A DNA stretch of 64,000 nt from Scyliorhinus canicula (taxonomy: Eukaryota). Of the stretch, positions 38,660-50,920 are shown in pieces. Within the stretch, counting starts at the first letter, position 1. Each line of letters starts with the position of its first letter. The stretch covers positions 138,139,885-138,203,884 of the forward strand of contig NC_052147.1 of assembly GCF_902713615.1 (NCBI RefSeq). Direction: 5' to 3'. A program made the translations under genes and the position numbers. The notes beneath the pieces are model-generated. The model saw only the letters and a list, made by a program, of their open reading frames with translations. It was not told the DNA's origin and made no database searches.

Positions 38660-39988
38660 GGTGATTTTGGCGTTGCCGATGGCCCCTGGGCTATTCCATG
38701 GGACGGGAGTGCGAGCGCCGCTATCTCCTGAGGCTCCCCGTCACCTGCCGCTACCAGTCCTGGAGGCCCACTCTGGGCTTGACCTGGTTTTGCATGCTCC
38801 CGGCCATGGAGCACAGGGAATGGACCATCTCCATCTGGAACTGCACCAGATCATGCTGCAACTGTGCCACCACCTTCTGGGTGTGTCACATCAGCCTGTG
38901 ACTGCGCCATCTATCTTTGGGACTGGGACACCTCCATCTGGAGCGACACTGCGATTTCTAGATGGCTCTGGGATATGGTCGCCTCTGAGGCAGCAACCCT
39001 ATCTTGGGCCTTGGCCAATGCCTGCACAGAATGCCCCAGGCCTTGGACATGCTGATCCATAGTCAAAATTGCCATCCCCAATACCTCCACAGCGGACGCC
39101 ACCACGTGGTGTTGGCCAAGGTGACATGCATTGTCGGCATCACCTCCTGGAGAACACATAAAATGACAGTGTGAGACAGTCTGACGTATGCAGCCCAGGG
39201 GTGGATGGGTGATGGCCTCAGTGGCCAGGCCACCTAACCATTGCAGCCGTTATGGCTTTCCGCATGTGGTGCAGGGTGGGGGTTCGGCCACCCCCTGCGG
39301 GGGCGGGGGGTAAGGTTATGGGTGTGTGGGTTAATGGCAGGGGCACAGTGCTGCCTACTCACCCTGGCCACCCTGAGGAGGTCATGCAGTTCTTTCCGGC
39401 ACTGCTGGCCCATCCGAACGGTGTTGCTGATGGCGCTCACGCCCTCTGCCACTTGCGCCCAGACACGACAAACGGTGGCAGCTGGCAGCCTCCTTTCCAG
39501 GCTGGGGTTCAGGGTCATCCACTGCTTGCGTCCAACAGGGTCTCCAGCTCAGTGTCTGTGAAATTTGGGGCTGCTCTCCTTGGTGCCATCTTGTTTGATG
39601 GGATGGTGTATTTGGGGAGAGAATTGTTTATTTGAAGCTGCAGCTTGTCAGCCTTTGCGTGTTAATTGCGAAACCGGCGAAGCCAGCACTGTTTTCCATT
39701 AGAATTGATTGTGTTCCACCTGGCGCCAGTGCTAGCCACTTAACAGTAGCAAAATCGGTCCGGTACCAGTTTTTCTGTTGTAAAAGTCCACAGATTCTAC
39801 ATTGGGTGGGATTCTCCATCCGCCGTGTGGCACACCATCGGGATTCTCTGTTTCGCCAGCTGGTTAATGGGGTTTCCCATTGTAGGACAGCCCCACGTCG
39901 TTGGGAAACCCCTGGGCTGCCGGAAGAGCAGAGAATCCCGACGGTGGAGAATTCAGCCCTTAGTCTCAGTAACGGAGAATCCCACCCC
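38660..39988 (-). mobile_element. Harbinger end carrying Myb/SANT-like DNA-binding gene remnant
   Basis: MAPRRAAPNFTDTELETLL ... WAQVAEGVSA..RMGQQCRKELHDL followed by a GTGAGT donor; TIR GGAGAATCCCACCCC ends near 39988. Confidence 0.75.
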
Positions 39989-39989
39989 A

Positions 39990-41533
39990 TGTCTCACAAA
40001 ATTGATTGAGTTTTTTGAAGGGGTAACCAAGAAGATAGATGAGGGCAGTGTAGTCAACATTGTCTGCATTGACTTTAACAAGGCCTTTGACAAGGTGCCG
40101 CCTGGTAGATTGTTGCATGAAAGGTTAAATCTCACGGTATCCAGGGTGAGGTAGCCAATTGGACACAAAATTGGCTTGAACACAAAAGGCAAAAGGTGGT
40201 TGTAGAGGGTTGTTTTTCAAACTGGAGGCCTGTGACCAGCGGTGTGCCTCAGGGATCAGTGTTCGGTCCACTGTTATTTGTTATTTATATTAATGACTTG
40301 GATGAGAATTTAGACGGCATGGTTAGTACGTTTGCAGATGAAACAAAAATTGGTGGAGTAATGGATAGTGAAGAAGGATGTATAAGATTGCAACGGGATC
40401 TTGAACAATTGGGCCAGTGGGTCGATGAATGGCAGATGGAGATTAATTTAGAAAAACGTGAGGTGATGCACTTTTGTAGATCGAATTGGTGCAGGAGCTA
40501 CTCAATTAATAGGAGGGAGTTGGAGAGAGTTATGGAACAAAGAGATCTTGGAGTACAGGTTCATAGCTCCTTGAATGTGGAGTCACAGTTGGACAGGATG
40601 GTGAAGAAGGCATTCGGCATGCTTGGTTTCATTGGTCAGAACATTGAATACAGGAGTTCGGACATCTTGTTGAAGTTGTTCAAGACATTAGTAAGACCAC
40701 ACATGGAATACTGTGTTCAGTTCTGGTCACCCTATTATAGAAAGGATATTATCTGGGCAGCACGGTAGGGCAGTGGTTAGCACTGTGGCTTCACAGCGCC
40801 AGAGTACCAGGTTCGATTCCCAACTGGGTCACTGTCTGTGCGGAATCTGCATGTTCTCCCTGTTTCTGTATGGGTTTCCTTGGGTGTTGGTCCGGTTTCC
40901 TCCCAAAATCCCGAAAGACATGCCGTTAGGTAATTTGGACATTCTGAATTATCCCTCTGTGTACCTGAACAGGCGCTGGAATGTGGCGACAAGGGGCTTT
41001 TCACAGTAATTACATTGCAACGGGAGCTGACTTGTGACAATAATTATTGAACAAGAAAAGGTGCAGAAAAGATTTACCAGGATTCTCCTGGGACTTGATG
41101 GTTTGAGTTACAAGGAGAGGCTGAATAGACTGGGGCTTTTTTCCCTGTAGCGTGGGAGGCTATAGAGGTCTATAAAATAATGAGGGGCATGGATAAGATA
41201 GATAGTAAACATCTTTTCCCAAAGGTAGGGGGTGTCTAAAAATAGAGGGCATAGGTTTAAGGTGAGAGGGGTAGATACAAAAGGGTCCTGGGGGCATTTT
41301 TTTCACACACAGGGCGGTGAATGTCTGGAACAAGCTGCCAGAGGCAGTAGAAGAGGCAAGTACAATTTTGTCTTTTAAAAAACATTCAGACAGTTATATG
41401 GGTAGAATGGATAAAGAGGGATATAAGCCAAAAGGGGGCAACTGGGACTGGCTTGCTGGTAAAAATTGGGTGGCATGGACAAGTTGAGCTGAAGAGTCTG
41501 TTTCCATGCTATAAACCTCTATGACTCTATGAC
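39990..41533 (+). mobile_element. CR1 LINE RT/3' fragment with nested SINE (40755-41048)
   Basis: DFNKAFDKVP and SGVPQGSVFGPLLFVIYINDLD..FADETK motifs; (TCTATGAC)n tail. Confidence 0.9.
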
Positions 41534-43905
41534 TTGTACCTGGAGAACCAGCCAAAGTCCTGCAAAATCGCCATAATACCCCAATGCCACCCAGTGGGTC
41601 CGAAATATATAACAGGTTGTCTGCGTACAACGAAACCCTGTGCTTGACGCTCCCCTCGCCACAAAATCTCTTTTGGTTCTATTTGGCTCAATGGTTCTAT
41701 AGCCACTCCTGCTTTATCCTGCATCATCCTTGCAGCCCGAAAAATGCTGAACTCACCTGGTTCGTCCGCACACTTGTGTACCCAGTCCCAACCGCCCAGC
41801 GCCTGCCAAAGATATTCCCACTCCACCCGGTCGAACGCCTTCTCCGTGTCAATCGCCACTGCCACCTCCCCTCTGGAAGCATCATAATCATATTAAGCAG
41901 CCTCCTCACATTTGCCGACAAGTGCCTACCTTTCACGAACCCCGTTTGGTCCTCGCCTATCACACCCGGGATGCAGCCCTCAATTCGCAAACACCTCCGC
42001 CAGCAACTTGGCTTCTACATTCAGTAGTGATATTGGACGTTAGGATCCACACTGCCCCAGATCCTTGTCTTTTTTCAGTATCAGGGAGATGGATGCCTGC
42101 GATAGTGTAAGGGGGAGTTCCCCCTCTCCCGATCCTGATTATATGCCCTCACCAGCAGTGGCCCCAGGTCCCCCCAAACCTTTTATAAAACTCCACCGGG
42201 TATCCATCTGGGCCAGGGCCTTTCCTGCCTGCATCGCCCCCATACTCTCCATCATCACCCTCAACACGATTGGGGCCCCGAACCCCTGCTCCAGCTCCTC
42301 GTTCACCCTGAGAATCTCCAAGCCATCCAGGAAGCACCACATTACCTCACCCCGGCCAGGGGCTCCAACTCATACAATCTCCTGTAAAAAGCCTCAAACA
42401 CCCCATTCACCCCTACCGGGTGCAGCACCAGCCTTCCTGTCCCATTCTTTACTCTACCAATCTCCCTCGCCACCGCCTGCTTCCTCAGCTGGTGGGCCAA
42501 CATCCTACTCTCCTTCTTCCATATTCATCTACTGCCCATCTGACTCTGTGCAACCTCCCCACCGGCTTCCCTGTGGACACTAATCCGAACTCCATCTGAT
42601 AACTGTGCCTCTCCTTCAACAAATCTACCTCCGGAGCCTCCGAACACCTCCTGTCCACCCTCAGAATCTCCTCTACCAGCCTTGCCATCTCTGCCCGTTC
42701 CACCTTCTCCCTATGCGGCCAAATTGAAATAAACTCGCCGTAACCACTGCCTTGAGTGCCTGCCACAGCGTAGCGGCCGTGACCTCCCCCATGTCAATGA
42801 GCTCCACATACCCCCAAATGGCAGCCAGCTCACGCACACCTCCTCATCTGCCAACAACCCCACATCCAGCCTCCACTGCGAGCGCTGCCCCCACGCTGGT
42901 CCACCCGCATATCCACCCTGTGTGGCGCATGGTCAGAGACACCCCCCTCCCATGATCAACCGGTGCGAGCCCAAGTCAGGAATCTTTCCCAGAACCCGCC
43001 TCATGAAGTCTACATCATCCCAATTTGAGGCAAAGAAGTTTACCAAGACCACCGGCATCCCCTCCAGCTTCCCACTTACCATCACAAACATCCCTCCCGA
43101 ATCTGCCACAAAGGTCTCCACCTCTAAAGTCACCAACATATTCAACAGCACCGCCACCCCCCTCGTCTTCATGTCCTGTCCCGAGTGGAACACCTGCCCC
43201 ACCCATCTCAACCTCACCTGATCCACCATCTTTAAGTGCATCTTTTGTAAAAAGGGCACGTCCACCTTCAGATTCCTCAGATGCGCGAACACATGTGACC
43301 GTTTACCAGCCCATTCAGCCCCCTCACATTCCATGTGCCCAGCCAGGTTGGGGGCTCCCTGCCCCTCCCCTGCCGATCAATCATATCCTTTTTGGGCCAG
43401 CCCCCGGCCCATGTCACACGACCCACCCTCGGATGTTCACCATCATCACTCCCGTTTCCAGCGGTGCCACAGCAGCCACACCCTTTCCAGCCACCCCCCC
43501 CTATCCCAAACAAAACAACAACCCCATTCCCCTTCCCAGCGCCTGCCTCCTGACAACCCCGTTAACTAGCCCGCCCAGCTACCATGATGGCTCCCGCCCA
43601 AGGCCTCCAAACCCTCTACCGACCCAATTCTCCTCTCCCCCCAATCCACACTCCCCCCCAAAAACAGAAAAGGTGCACTCACAGTTGATATGCACCCCTC
43701 CCCCTACCCCGGAGGAACCTGCCCTCCAAACACCCAGCCAACAAAACCAAAAGAACATTTCAAGGGGAAAAGTTCCCGAGAACAAAGCAAGCCCGTTTCC
43801 CTCCGCCATCTTATCATGTGGCGCACCACGAAGACTCTCCTGTTCCAACAGCTCCTTTATTCTCACCCCACACCTAGTGAATTGAGGAAGGATAATGTGG
43901 GGCAA
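41534..43905 (-). mobile_element. L1-like inter-ORF region plus ORF2 endonuclease/RT remnant
   Basis: WNVRGLNG, GKGPGPDGYPVEFYK, DQTGFVKGR, DTEKAFDRVEW and YADNLL motifs, with frameshifts. Confidence 0.85.
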
Positions 43906-43914
43906 TACACTGAG

Positions 43915-44042
43915 TGAACTTTTCTGCTCTTCTTCAAAACATGACGGGGGATCTTTTACATCAATTGAGAGGACAGATGGAACCTCAGATTAACGTCTTA
44001 TCCAAGGGACAGCACCTCCAACAGTGTAGTACTCCCTCAGTG
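43915..44042 (-). mobile_element. Deu-domain SINE fragment
   Basis: Reverse complement reads ACTGAGGGAGTACTACACTGTTGGAGGTGC...GATGTAAAAGATCCC. Confidence 0.65.
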
Positions 44043-46854
44043 GGGCGGGGGGAGTGAATTTTCAGTTGCTGTGCCAGCCACATCAGAAGATATTAATCTC
44101 TTGCTGTATTTTTTTAATGTTTTTACCATTTTCAAATTCTAGCCATTTGGTTGTGGAATGAGAAGCGAAAGTGCACTTTAACACTCTGACAAGAGAGGGG
44201 GAGAGGAGTAGTTTTTTACATCTTGTGGGTGCATTTAAGATAAAGTATAATGATTCAATCTATTATCTGAATGCAGTTTACAACTCTGGTAAGATCACGT
44301 TTCGATTAAGATCAATTCCTCTTCCACAGCATTAAATTGACCTTCTTGTGCTTTGCCTGCTTAAAATGAAACTATTTTATCGACCCACGCTGGGGAAGTA
44401 TGTGGGCAGATTCACTGCCTCGCATTAGAGCACAGTGGAGTGCAGTGATTCTTGTATCTATTTCTTCTCCCAAATGTTCTTAGTTGTCGCATATTCAATC
44501 CTTCTGTACAGATGTGAGCCCTATGTTTGCTTCTAGGGGACATCTGTTTGGTGCTGATGGTGTGTTTATATTCCTGAGGCAGTGGGGCAGTGTCCGTTCC
44601 TCAAACTGTTGGCATCAAGAACAAAAAAACACCTGGAAACTCGATGTGACGCCTTCACTGGGATCTGTAATAAATAATAGAACCTGCTGCATTGGACACC
44701 CCCATCTATCCAGTAGCTGGTGCTGCGTCAGGTTTTGTTCTGGCTGAAGAAGCTAGCTAGTTATTAAAGGCTGGTAAACAGTGCAAATTTATCACACTTA
44801 ACTGCAGACAACAAAATACACCTTTTGCAAAGGCACTGGAATATTCATGGCAATTACTGTAGAAATATTTTTCGATCTAAAGTATGTACATTCATGTATC
44901 TCTCTAAGCTGTCTCAATTGTGCTGTCTATTGATAAAAGGGAGGGGATTGATTAAAGTTTATGTGTTATGCCCCACCCCCTTCCATTATTTATGTTGTGT
45001 GCAGCCAAAGTCACAGTATTGAGAGCAATTTAATTTCAATTGAGCAGCAGGACAATTCTCTGGTCACATTTACATACAGAAGGTCAGTAAAGGCTCACAG
45101 TCTTTCTTGCTGTCTCAAGTGTCTTTGATATTTTAAATCTGCTTCCCAGATTATTATTTGTATTGATTCATTGGTGTCATCACAGCACACTTTAACATGA
45201 CCAAAAATATACCAGACATGATGCTGCTCGAAAGGGATTGCATTATGAGTTGTAATAAATGCCTGTCCACACCAACAACCTTATTTATACACATGGGCCC
45301 CCATATTGGGCCTTGAAAGAAATTCATTGATTTTTCACTGAGTGCAACACATCACTATAACATTTAGTTCATAAGCAGAAGGACATTAGCCTTCTGAATT
45401 CTGGTGAGATAGATTCATTCCTACTAAATGAAGCCAACACAATATTGAAAAGGGTTTCAACTATTAATGTCAAACACAATCATTTGGAGAACTGGTGTTA
45501 TGTGTGGGTTTGTTAAATGGTGTAAAGTTGGCTGATTTACAGACAGTGTACAATGTGTATCTTGTACAATAATGCTATTAAGTGACCTAACCATTTTGTA
45601 TGAGACTATTGATGCATTAGTTGGCCATGTTTCCTTCCACCTGGCTGCACCTGTGTAAGTAAAGGTCCATCCACTCTGGCCTACTTGATTGGTGCTGGTT
45701 CCATGTAAATGGACATTCTGTACCAAAGTGGTTTTCCAGACGCAATCTCTCCGGCCCAAATACGTAGCTTGCCTCTGTCAAAACAAACTCAGAGAAGGAT
45801 TTCCGCCTTGAAAAAAATCAGAACAACAATATGTAAATAACACTTGGTACCAAATAAGCCACATTAAACTCAGCTCCACAGGGAAAGTCTTCAGGTCTTC
45901 ATTCATTGGACTAGGCCATTCAAGCCCTCCAGCCTGTTCCATCAAACTGTTTGATTATGTCTTATCTGTATTTGAAACCTATTCATCTGTATGGTCCCAC
46001 ACGCCATTATATCCTTACCAACAAAAATCTATCAATCTCAGTTTGGAAATGTTCAATTGACCCCCAACCTCAATAGCTGTTTGGGGGAAGAATTCTAGAT
46101 TTCCACTATCTGGTAGTTTCATGGTCACTGTTCTGGAGATCTTGTGGCTTAGTATGTCATGCTCCTGCCTCTGAACCAGAAGCCCCAGGTCCGCATTACA
46201 TGAAAGGAGTGGTCATAATCAAAAGATTTGGGGGGAAGGTTGGGATCAGGCTATTGAGTTGAATGATCAGCGATGATCATAATGAATGATGGAGTAGGCT
46301 CAAAGGGTCGAATGGCCTCCTCCTCTTTTCTATGTTTCTATGATGTGGTTCAACAGCATGATAATAAGCCTGTTAATCGTTCAACGCTTCCCCACTAATC
46401 CCCAAAGGAAAGAATATGTGCGGAGATAGAAAACAAACATAGTCACAATTTACTGAGACGAGTTCCTTTAATTCCAGATTTATAAGTTAATTGAATTTAA
46501 ATTCCACTAGCTGTCATGTTGGGATTTCAACATATCCCAGAACATTAGTCAGGACTTCCAAATTGGGAGGCCAGTGACATTTTCACAGCCCCCTGCTTTG
46601 TCAAGTGGTGTTTCCTGACATCATTCCTAAATGGTCTACCTCTAATTTTAAGGTTACCGCTTTCTTCTGTGCTCCTCCATCAGTTTCTATCTCTCTACCC
46701 TAAAAAATCCTTTAATCATCTGAACCACTTCAATTGGATTACGCTACTAATCCTCTATACTCAAGGCAATACAGACTAGTTCTAAGCAACTCTCCTCATA
46801 ATAGAACCTTTTTAGGCTGACCTCAAATGCAAGGTCCAGTGGAACCGTGGAGTT

Positions 46855-47380
46855 ATAGAATCATAAAATGAGACAACAAGCCATTTATTCAATCCAATCT
46901 GTGCTAGCTCTTTGAAAGAACTATTGAATCAGTCCCTGCCCCCATGCTCTTCCCCTATAATCCTGAAATGTTTTTTGTTTTCCCCTGAAGATTTTATCAA
47001 ATTCCTTTTTGAAAGTTACTATTGACTCTGCTTCCATCAGCCTTTCTGGCAGTGCTTTACTGATCAAAACAATTCACTGCCTAAAACAACTACCCATCAT
47101 CTCTAACCTTTGGTTGTTGTACCATCCATGTTTAAATCTCTGACCTTTGGCTCCCAATCGTTCTGGCGGTGGATATAGTTTCTCCTTATTTATTCTACCA
47201 AATGTTTGATGGTTTTGGACACCTTTAGTAAAGCTCCCTGTGAGCCTTCCATGCTTTGAGGGGAACAATTCCAGTTTCTCTAGCCTCTCCATGGACCTTA
47301 AGACCCGCACCCCTGGTATATCATTCAAAAGATCTGTACCCTCTCTAAAGTATTGACTACCTTTTTCCAAAGGACAAACA
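46855..47380 (-). mobile_element. Degenerate CR1 3' remnant
   Basis: ERLEKLELF..HGRL motif and a CR1-like 3' end. Confidence 0.6.
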
Positions 47381-47889
47381 GACTTTACACACAGACACAT
47401 TGCAGAAAAGACTAGAATGTTTTGTGCTCCTTCTACACGTTGGTGCACTCGGCACCAAAGCCTAATGTCCACCTTATGAGAGTGTTTGCTGCCTAAACAT
47501 AGCAAGTTAATTCATTCAAATCTCCGTTGCTTTTGATCATATTGGCAACAAGAAATTAAAACAAGAACATCTGAGCTGCTGATGTGATTTCCACAGCAGG
47601 GCACTCTTGACACCATGTGACCTTTTAATGGGTACATATTATTACTAGTAATTTATGAACCATTTTGCGAGAAACTGTATGTATCTGAGGAGGGGGGGGG
47701 GGGATTAAGCAGGTATCAGCAGGTTTTTTTCAGATGGCACTGGTGTTAAACCGGTGGTCGTTGGGCAGAGATTGAGTCCATTTCAATAATAACACTGCCC
47801 TGTTGCCGTGAAGGCCACAGATAGTGATGCCACTTTCATTCAAGTTAATGGTTGTACATTTATCGTGTGCATTTTGTGTTCCTTCCCAG

Positions 47890-48065
47890 CTCACCTGGTG
47901 GTCATGGCCAGCAACGATGGAACTGTGAAGATTCTGGATCTGCCCTCGGGCCAGTTGCACAGTCTAGCGGGACATGAAGATGCCGTCCAATGTGTGCGGT
48001 TTGATCACAAGGGAGAGTATGTGGTGTCAGGCGGCTCTGATGGTACTGTCCGCCTCTGGACTTGA
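47890..48065 (+). CDS. SPAG16: Sperm-associated antigen 16 (axonemal central-pair WD40 protein), terminal coding exon
   Basis: Pyrimidine-rich acceptor TTCCTTCCCAG ends at 47889. The exon encodes the last WD40 repeats HLVVMASNDGTVKILDL..GHEDAVQCVRFDHKGEYVVSGGSDGTVRLWT-stop, resembling the SPAG16 C-terminus as I recall it. It sits directly upstream of VWC2L, the known vertebrate gene order. Confidence 0.88.
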
Positions 48066-48243
48066 AGCCGAAGAACCTAACACTGAGTTAACATTTCCTT
48101 CAGTTTAACACGTGCCTTTGACTCTTGCTGTAATGAATCGGATTTATTTCTGTAGAAAAAAATGGGTAATATAATGGGCCCCTTCGTCTAAACTCTTGCA
48201 TCTGCGGCGTGCAACTATCAACCTTGTTCAACTTCTGTCACTT

Positions 48244-48249
48244 AATAAA
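48244..48249 (+). terminator. SPAG16 polyadenylation signal
   Basis: AATAAA ~180 nt after the stop, followed by GT/T-rich downstream sequence (GGTTGTGTTT, GGTGTTTTTT). Confidence 0.7.
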
Positions 48250-48418
48250 CGGTTGTGTTTAAAATCGACTCGGTGTTTTTTCCAAGTAAACAATGTTGGT
48301 ATTTAATCGTGTCAGTGGTGTTCATTTAAATATCAAAGCTCCATAACTATGAATTGTTCGTGTCTGTGTTATTTGCAAGGAGCTGGATTAATTGCCGCAA
48401 AAACAGTTAACCCAGCGT

Positions 48419-48550
48419 TGATAGAGTCATCCAGACTGGAAACGTTAGCTCCCTTCTCCCCTCCACTGATGCTGTCAGACCTGCTGAGATTGCCCAGTAT
48501 TTTCTGTTTTCATTTCAGATTCCAGCATCCGCAGTAATTTGCTTTTATCT
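48419..48550 (+). mobile_element. Penelope-derived repeat remnant between SPAG16 and VWC2L
   Basis: Homologous to 22598-22732. Confidence 0.65.
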
Positions 48551-48679
48551 TTAACCTAGCCTTGTTGCTCTGCTAGCTGGTATTGGGATACTCCAAGTTA
48601 CCCTCCCTGAAAGGGGCCTGAGGCAGATTCAATATCAGCTTCCAGCAGATAGTTGGATAAAATAATTGGAGGAGAGGAA

Positions 48680-49279
48680 ATCGGGAAAGAACAGGGGCGT
48701 TGGACTAGCCCCGGCACGATGGGCCGAGTGGCGCTTGCAAGATCCAATAATAAATCCGCCCCATTGGAATTGTTTGGGGTCACTGCAGAAGCCGCAGTGT
48801 CCCAGTGTTTGGTATGTTCTGTGTGTTACAGCGCTGCATTTGCACTGACCCTGACCTGTGCGCTCTGTGTTGGGGGGGGGGGGGGGGGGGTAACTATCCC
48901 TCAGTCTCCCCCCCCCCACCCCGCCAGCCAGCCCCCACCCCCTTCCGACCGAGATATGCAGTTGCTTGCTTGACAATGACGCCTAATGACAAAGCCAACG
49001 TACTGCATGCCTGCAAACCTCGTGGCCGCTGTCCCTCTTCCAGGGAGTATCAGCCAAGCGAGCAACATGACCTGGAGTGGAGTGGATAACTGCGAGCTGC
49101 AGCCCAGTGAGAGCGGGGGAGCTGCAGGGAGGGGGTCACAGTTCCTCCCCGGGCCAGGACACTCACACCTCATGTAGACAGGCTGCAGTGCCGAAAGCAA
49201 AACATTTGAACCATTTTCCAGAGGCGAGGAGCAGCTTCAAATTGTGAACAGAAATAAGCAACGCCTCGCTCAGCAGCCA
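48680..49279 (+). promoter_or_regulatory. Candidate VWC2L promoter and non-coding first exon, at the start of a CpG-rich domain extending to ~52450
   Basis: GC/CpG enrichment, CCAAT and GC-box-like CCGCCC near 48744-48761, and a possible donor CCA|GTGAGG at 49280. The coding exon has an upstream acceptor, so a 5' exon is required. Exact position is inferred. Confidence 0.4.
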
Positions 49280-49700
49280 GTGAGGGGCTCCAGCCGGGGT
49301 AGTGAAGGGGCTCCAGCCGGGGTAGTGAGGGGGCTCCAGTCTGGGTAGTGAGGGGGCTCCAGCTAGGGTAGTGAGGGAGCTCCAGCCGGGGTAGTGAAGG
49401 GGCTCCAGCCGGGGTAGTGAAGGGGCTCCAGCCGAGGTAGTGAGGGGGCTCCAGCCGGGGTAGTGAAGGGCTCCAGCCGGAGTAGTGAAGGGGCTCCAGC
49501 CGGGGTAGTGAGGGGGCTCCAGCCGGGGTAGTGAGGAGCTCCAGTCGGGATAGTGAGAGAGCTCCAGCCGGGATAGTTAGGGAGCTCCAGCCGGGATAGT
49601 GAGGGAGCTCCAGCCGGGGTAGTGAGGAGCTCCAGCCGGGTTGGTGAGGGGCTCCAGCCGGGGTAGTAAGGGAGTTATTGAGGGGTTCCAGCCGGGTGTA
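49279..49700. repeat. G-rich minisatellite, 22-23-bp unit GCTCCAGCCGGGGTAGTGARGGG, 17 copies plus 1 degenerate
   Basis: CTCCAG recurs at 49288, 49311, 49334 ... 49652, with a degenerate copy at 49686. Confidence 0.95.
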
Positions 49701-49807
49701 GGATGGGGCTCTCTCCCTTGCCGCGGGGAGTCTGTTTGCAGTGAGACATTTGCGGGCGGTGCAGGCAGGGTCCCGGGTCTGGATCATCAACAACAGAGTG
49801 GGGAGAG

Positions 49808-49956
49808 CTGTCCGCGGTGCTGTCCAGGGTCCTGTCCGTGGTGCTGTCTACCGACCTGTCCGCGGTGCTGTCCACCGACCTGTCCGTGGTGCTGTCCAGG
49901 GTCCTGTCCGCGGTGCTGTCCACCGACCTGTCTGCGGTGCTGTCCGCGGTGCTGAA
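49808..49956. repeat. 12-bp minisatellite (12 units, 24-bp higher order) built from the RE1/NRSE motif
   Basis: CTGTCCGYGGTG alternates with CTGTCCAGGGTC or CTGTCYACCGAC, and the array ends in CTGAA. Confidence 0.95.
49936..49956 (-). promoter_or_regulatory. Canonical RE1/NRSE (REST/NRSF binding site)
   Basis: Minus strand TTCAGCACCGCGGACAGCACC matches consensus TTCAGCACCACGGACAGCGCC at 19/21, with both differences at tolerant positions. Located in the 5' region of a neural gene. Confidence 0.85.
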
Positions 49957-50920
49957 ACTGCATTCCAGGCTGCAGTCAGTGAAGGTGATGCTCAGTGAGT
50001 GTGGACACTTGGAGGGATTGCGAGCAGGAGGGATCGGGAGCTGCTGACATGCAGGATCTGCCAGACACCCAGGTGGGTTCCGCACCGCTTTCCCCACACT
50101 CTCGCCACAAGGCGGCTTCTCTCGGTTCTACCCTCACTTGCCACCGAGCCTTTGAGACGGGCAACTTTCTATTATTTTACCGGGCTGGCCATTCCCGCTG
50201 GGGTGAAGTGCGGGGGGGGGGGGGGGGATATGTACTTCCCGAGCTCCCGCTCCGCCACTCTCCTCCTGCCTTCATTGAAGATGCGCTTTGCGTAAACAAG
50301 TGTCAACTGAGCACAAATCATCTTGCGAGAGACCGTCGCGATCATAGTTTATTGGGACCAGGTACAGTCTCCCCCACACACCCACATTGTCACAGAATTG
50401 CACTGAGCTCTAACCCTCCTGTGGGCTGCATGCTCCCATTACCTGATCCAGGCCAATGCTATTCACCCGCACACAAGTTGCCAGACGAAAATGCGGCAAT
50501 GTGTGCAACTGGTGTCAATGTTGCTCCCATTCCCGGGCTTCCCGTTCTGTGGAGAGAGCTCATGTCCAGGAACTGATCCCAAACACCATCTACACCCATC
50601 TCCCAAGTCACCTTGTCCTTGCTTCCCTCGCCAGCCTGGCTTGTCGTGAATATTGCGGAGCTGGAAAGCAGCCTGCTCTCGGTGTAATTCTGAATCCCGG
50701 AAGACCGCAGGTCCTGCCACTTTCCAAGGAGAATGAGACTCCGCGCCAGAGCAGGAGGTCACTCTGTCTCGCTGCACCGCACGCCCGATTTCTTTTGTTT
50801 TAAATGTAAAGTTTGACCTGTTTGCCCTGCTGCATAATGCGCTAGTGTTCTCGGGTGAAAGTTTCCCTGTACTTCGCCTTTGATGTGTGTGTGTGTTCGA
50901 GATGCAGCTACTTTGGTGTC

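Noticed and set aside
47808-47889. N-terminal part of the 85-aa WD40 ORF as a standalone gene
   Set aside because: It is intronic polypyrimidine tract upstream of the acceptor at 47889.
49279-49956. CRISPR-like regular repeats
   Set aside because: These are head-to-tail tandem repeats without unique spacers, there are no cas genes, and the context is vertebrate.
49170-50097. Long repetitive ORFs on both strands (207 aa, 140 aa, 104 aa Cys/Pro-rich)
   Set aside because: They are by-products of the two minisatellites lacking stop codons; there is no splice or domain support.
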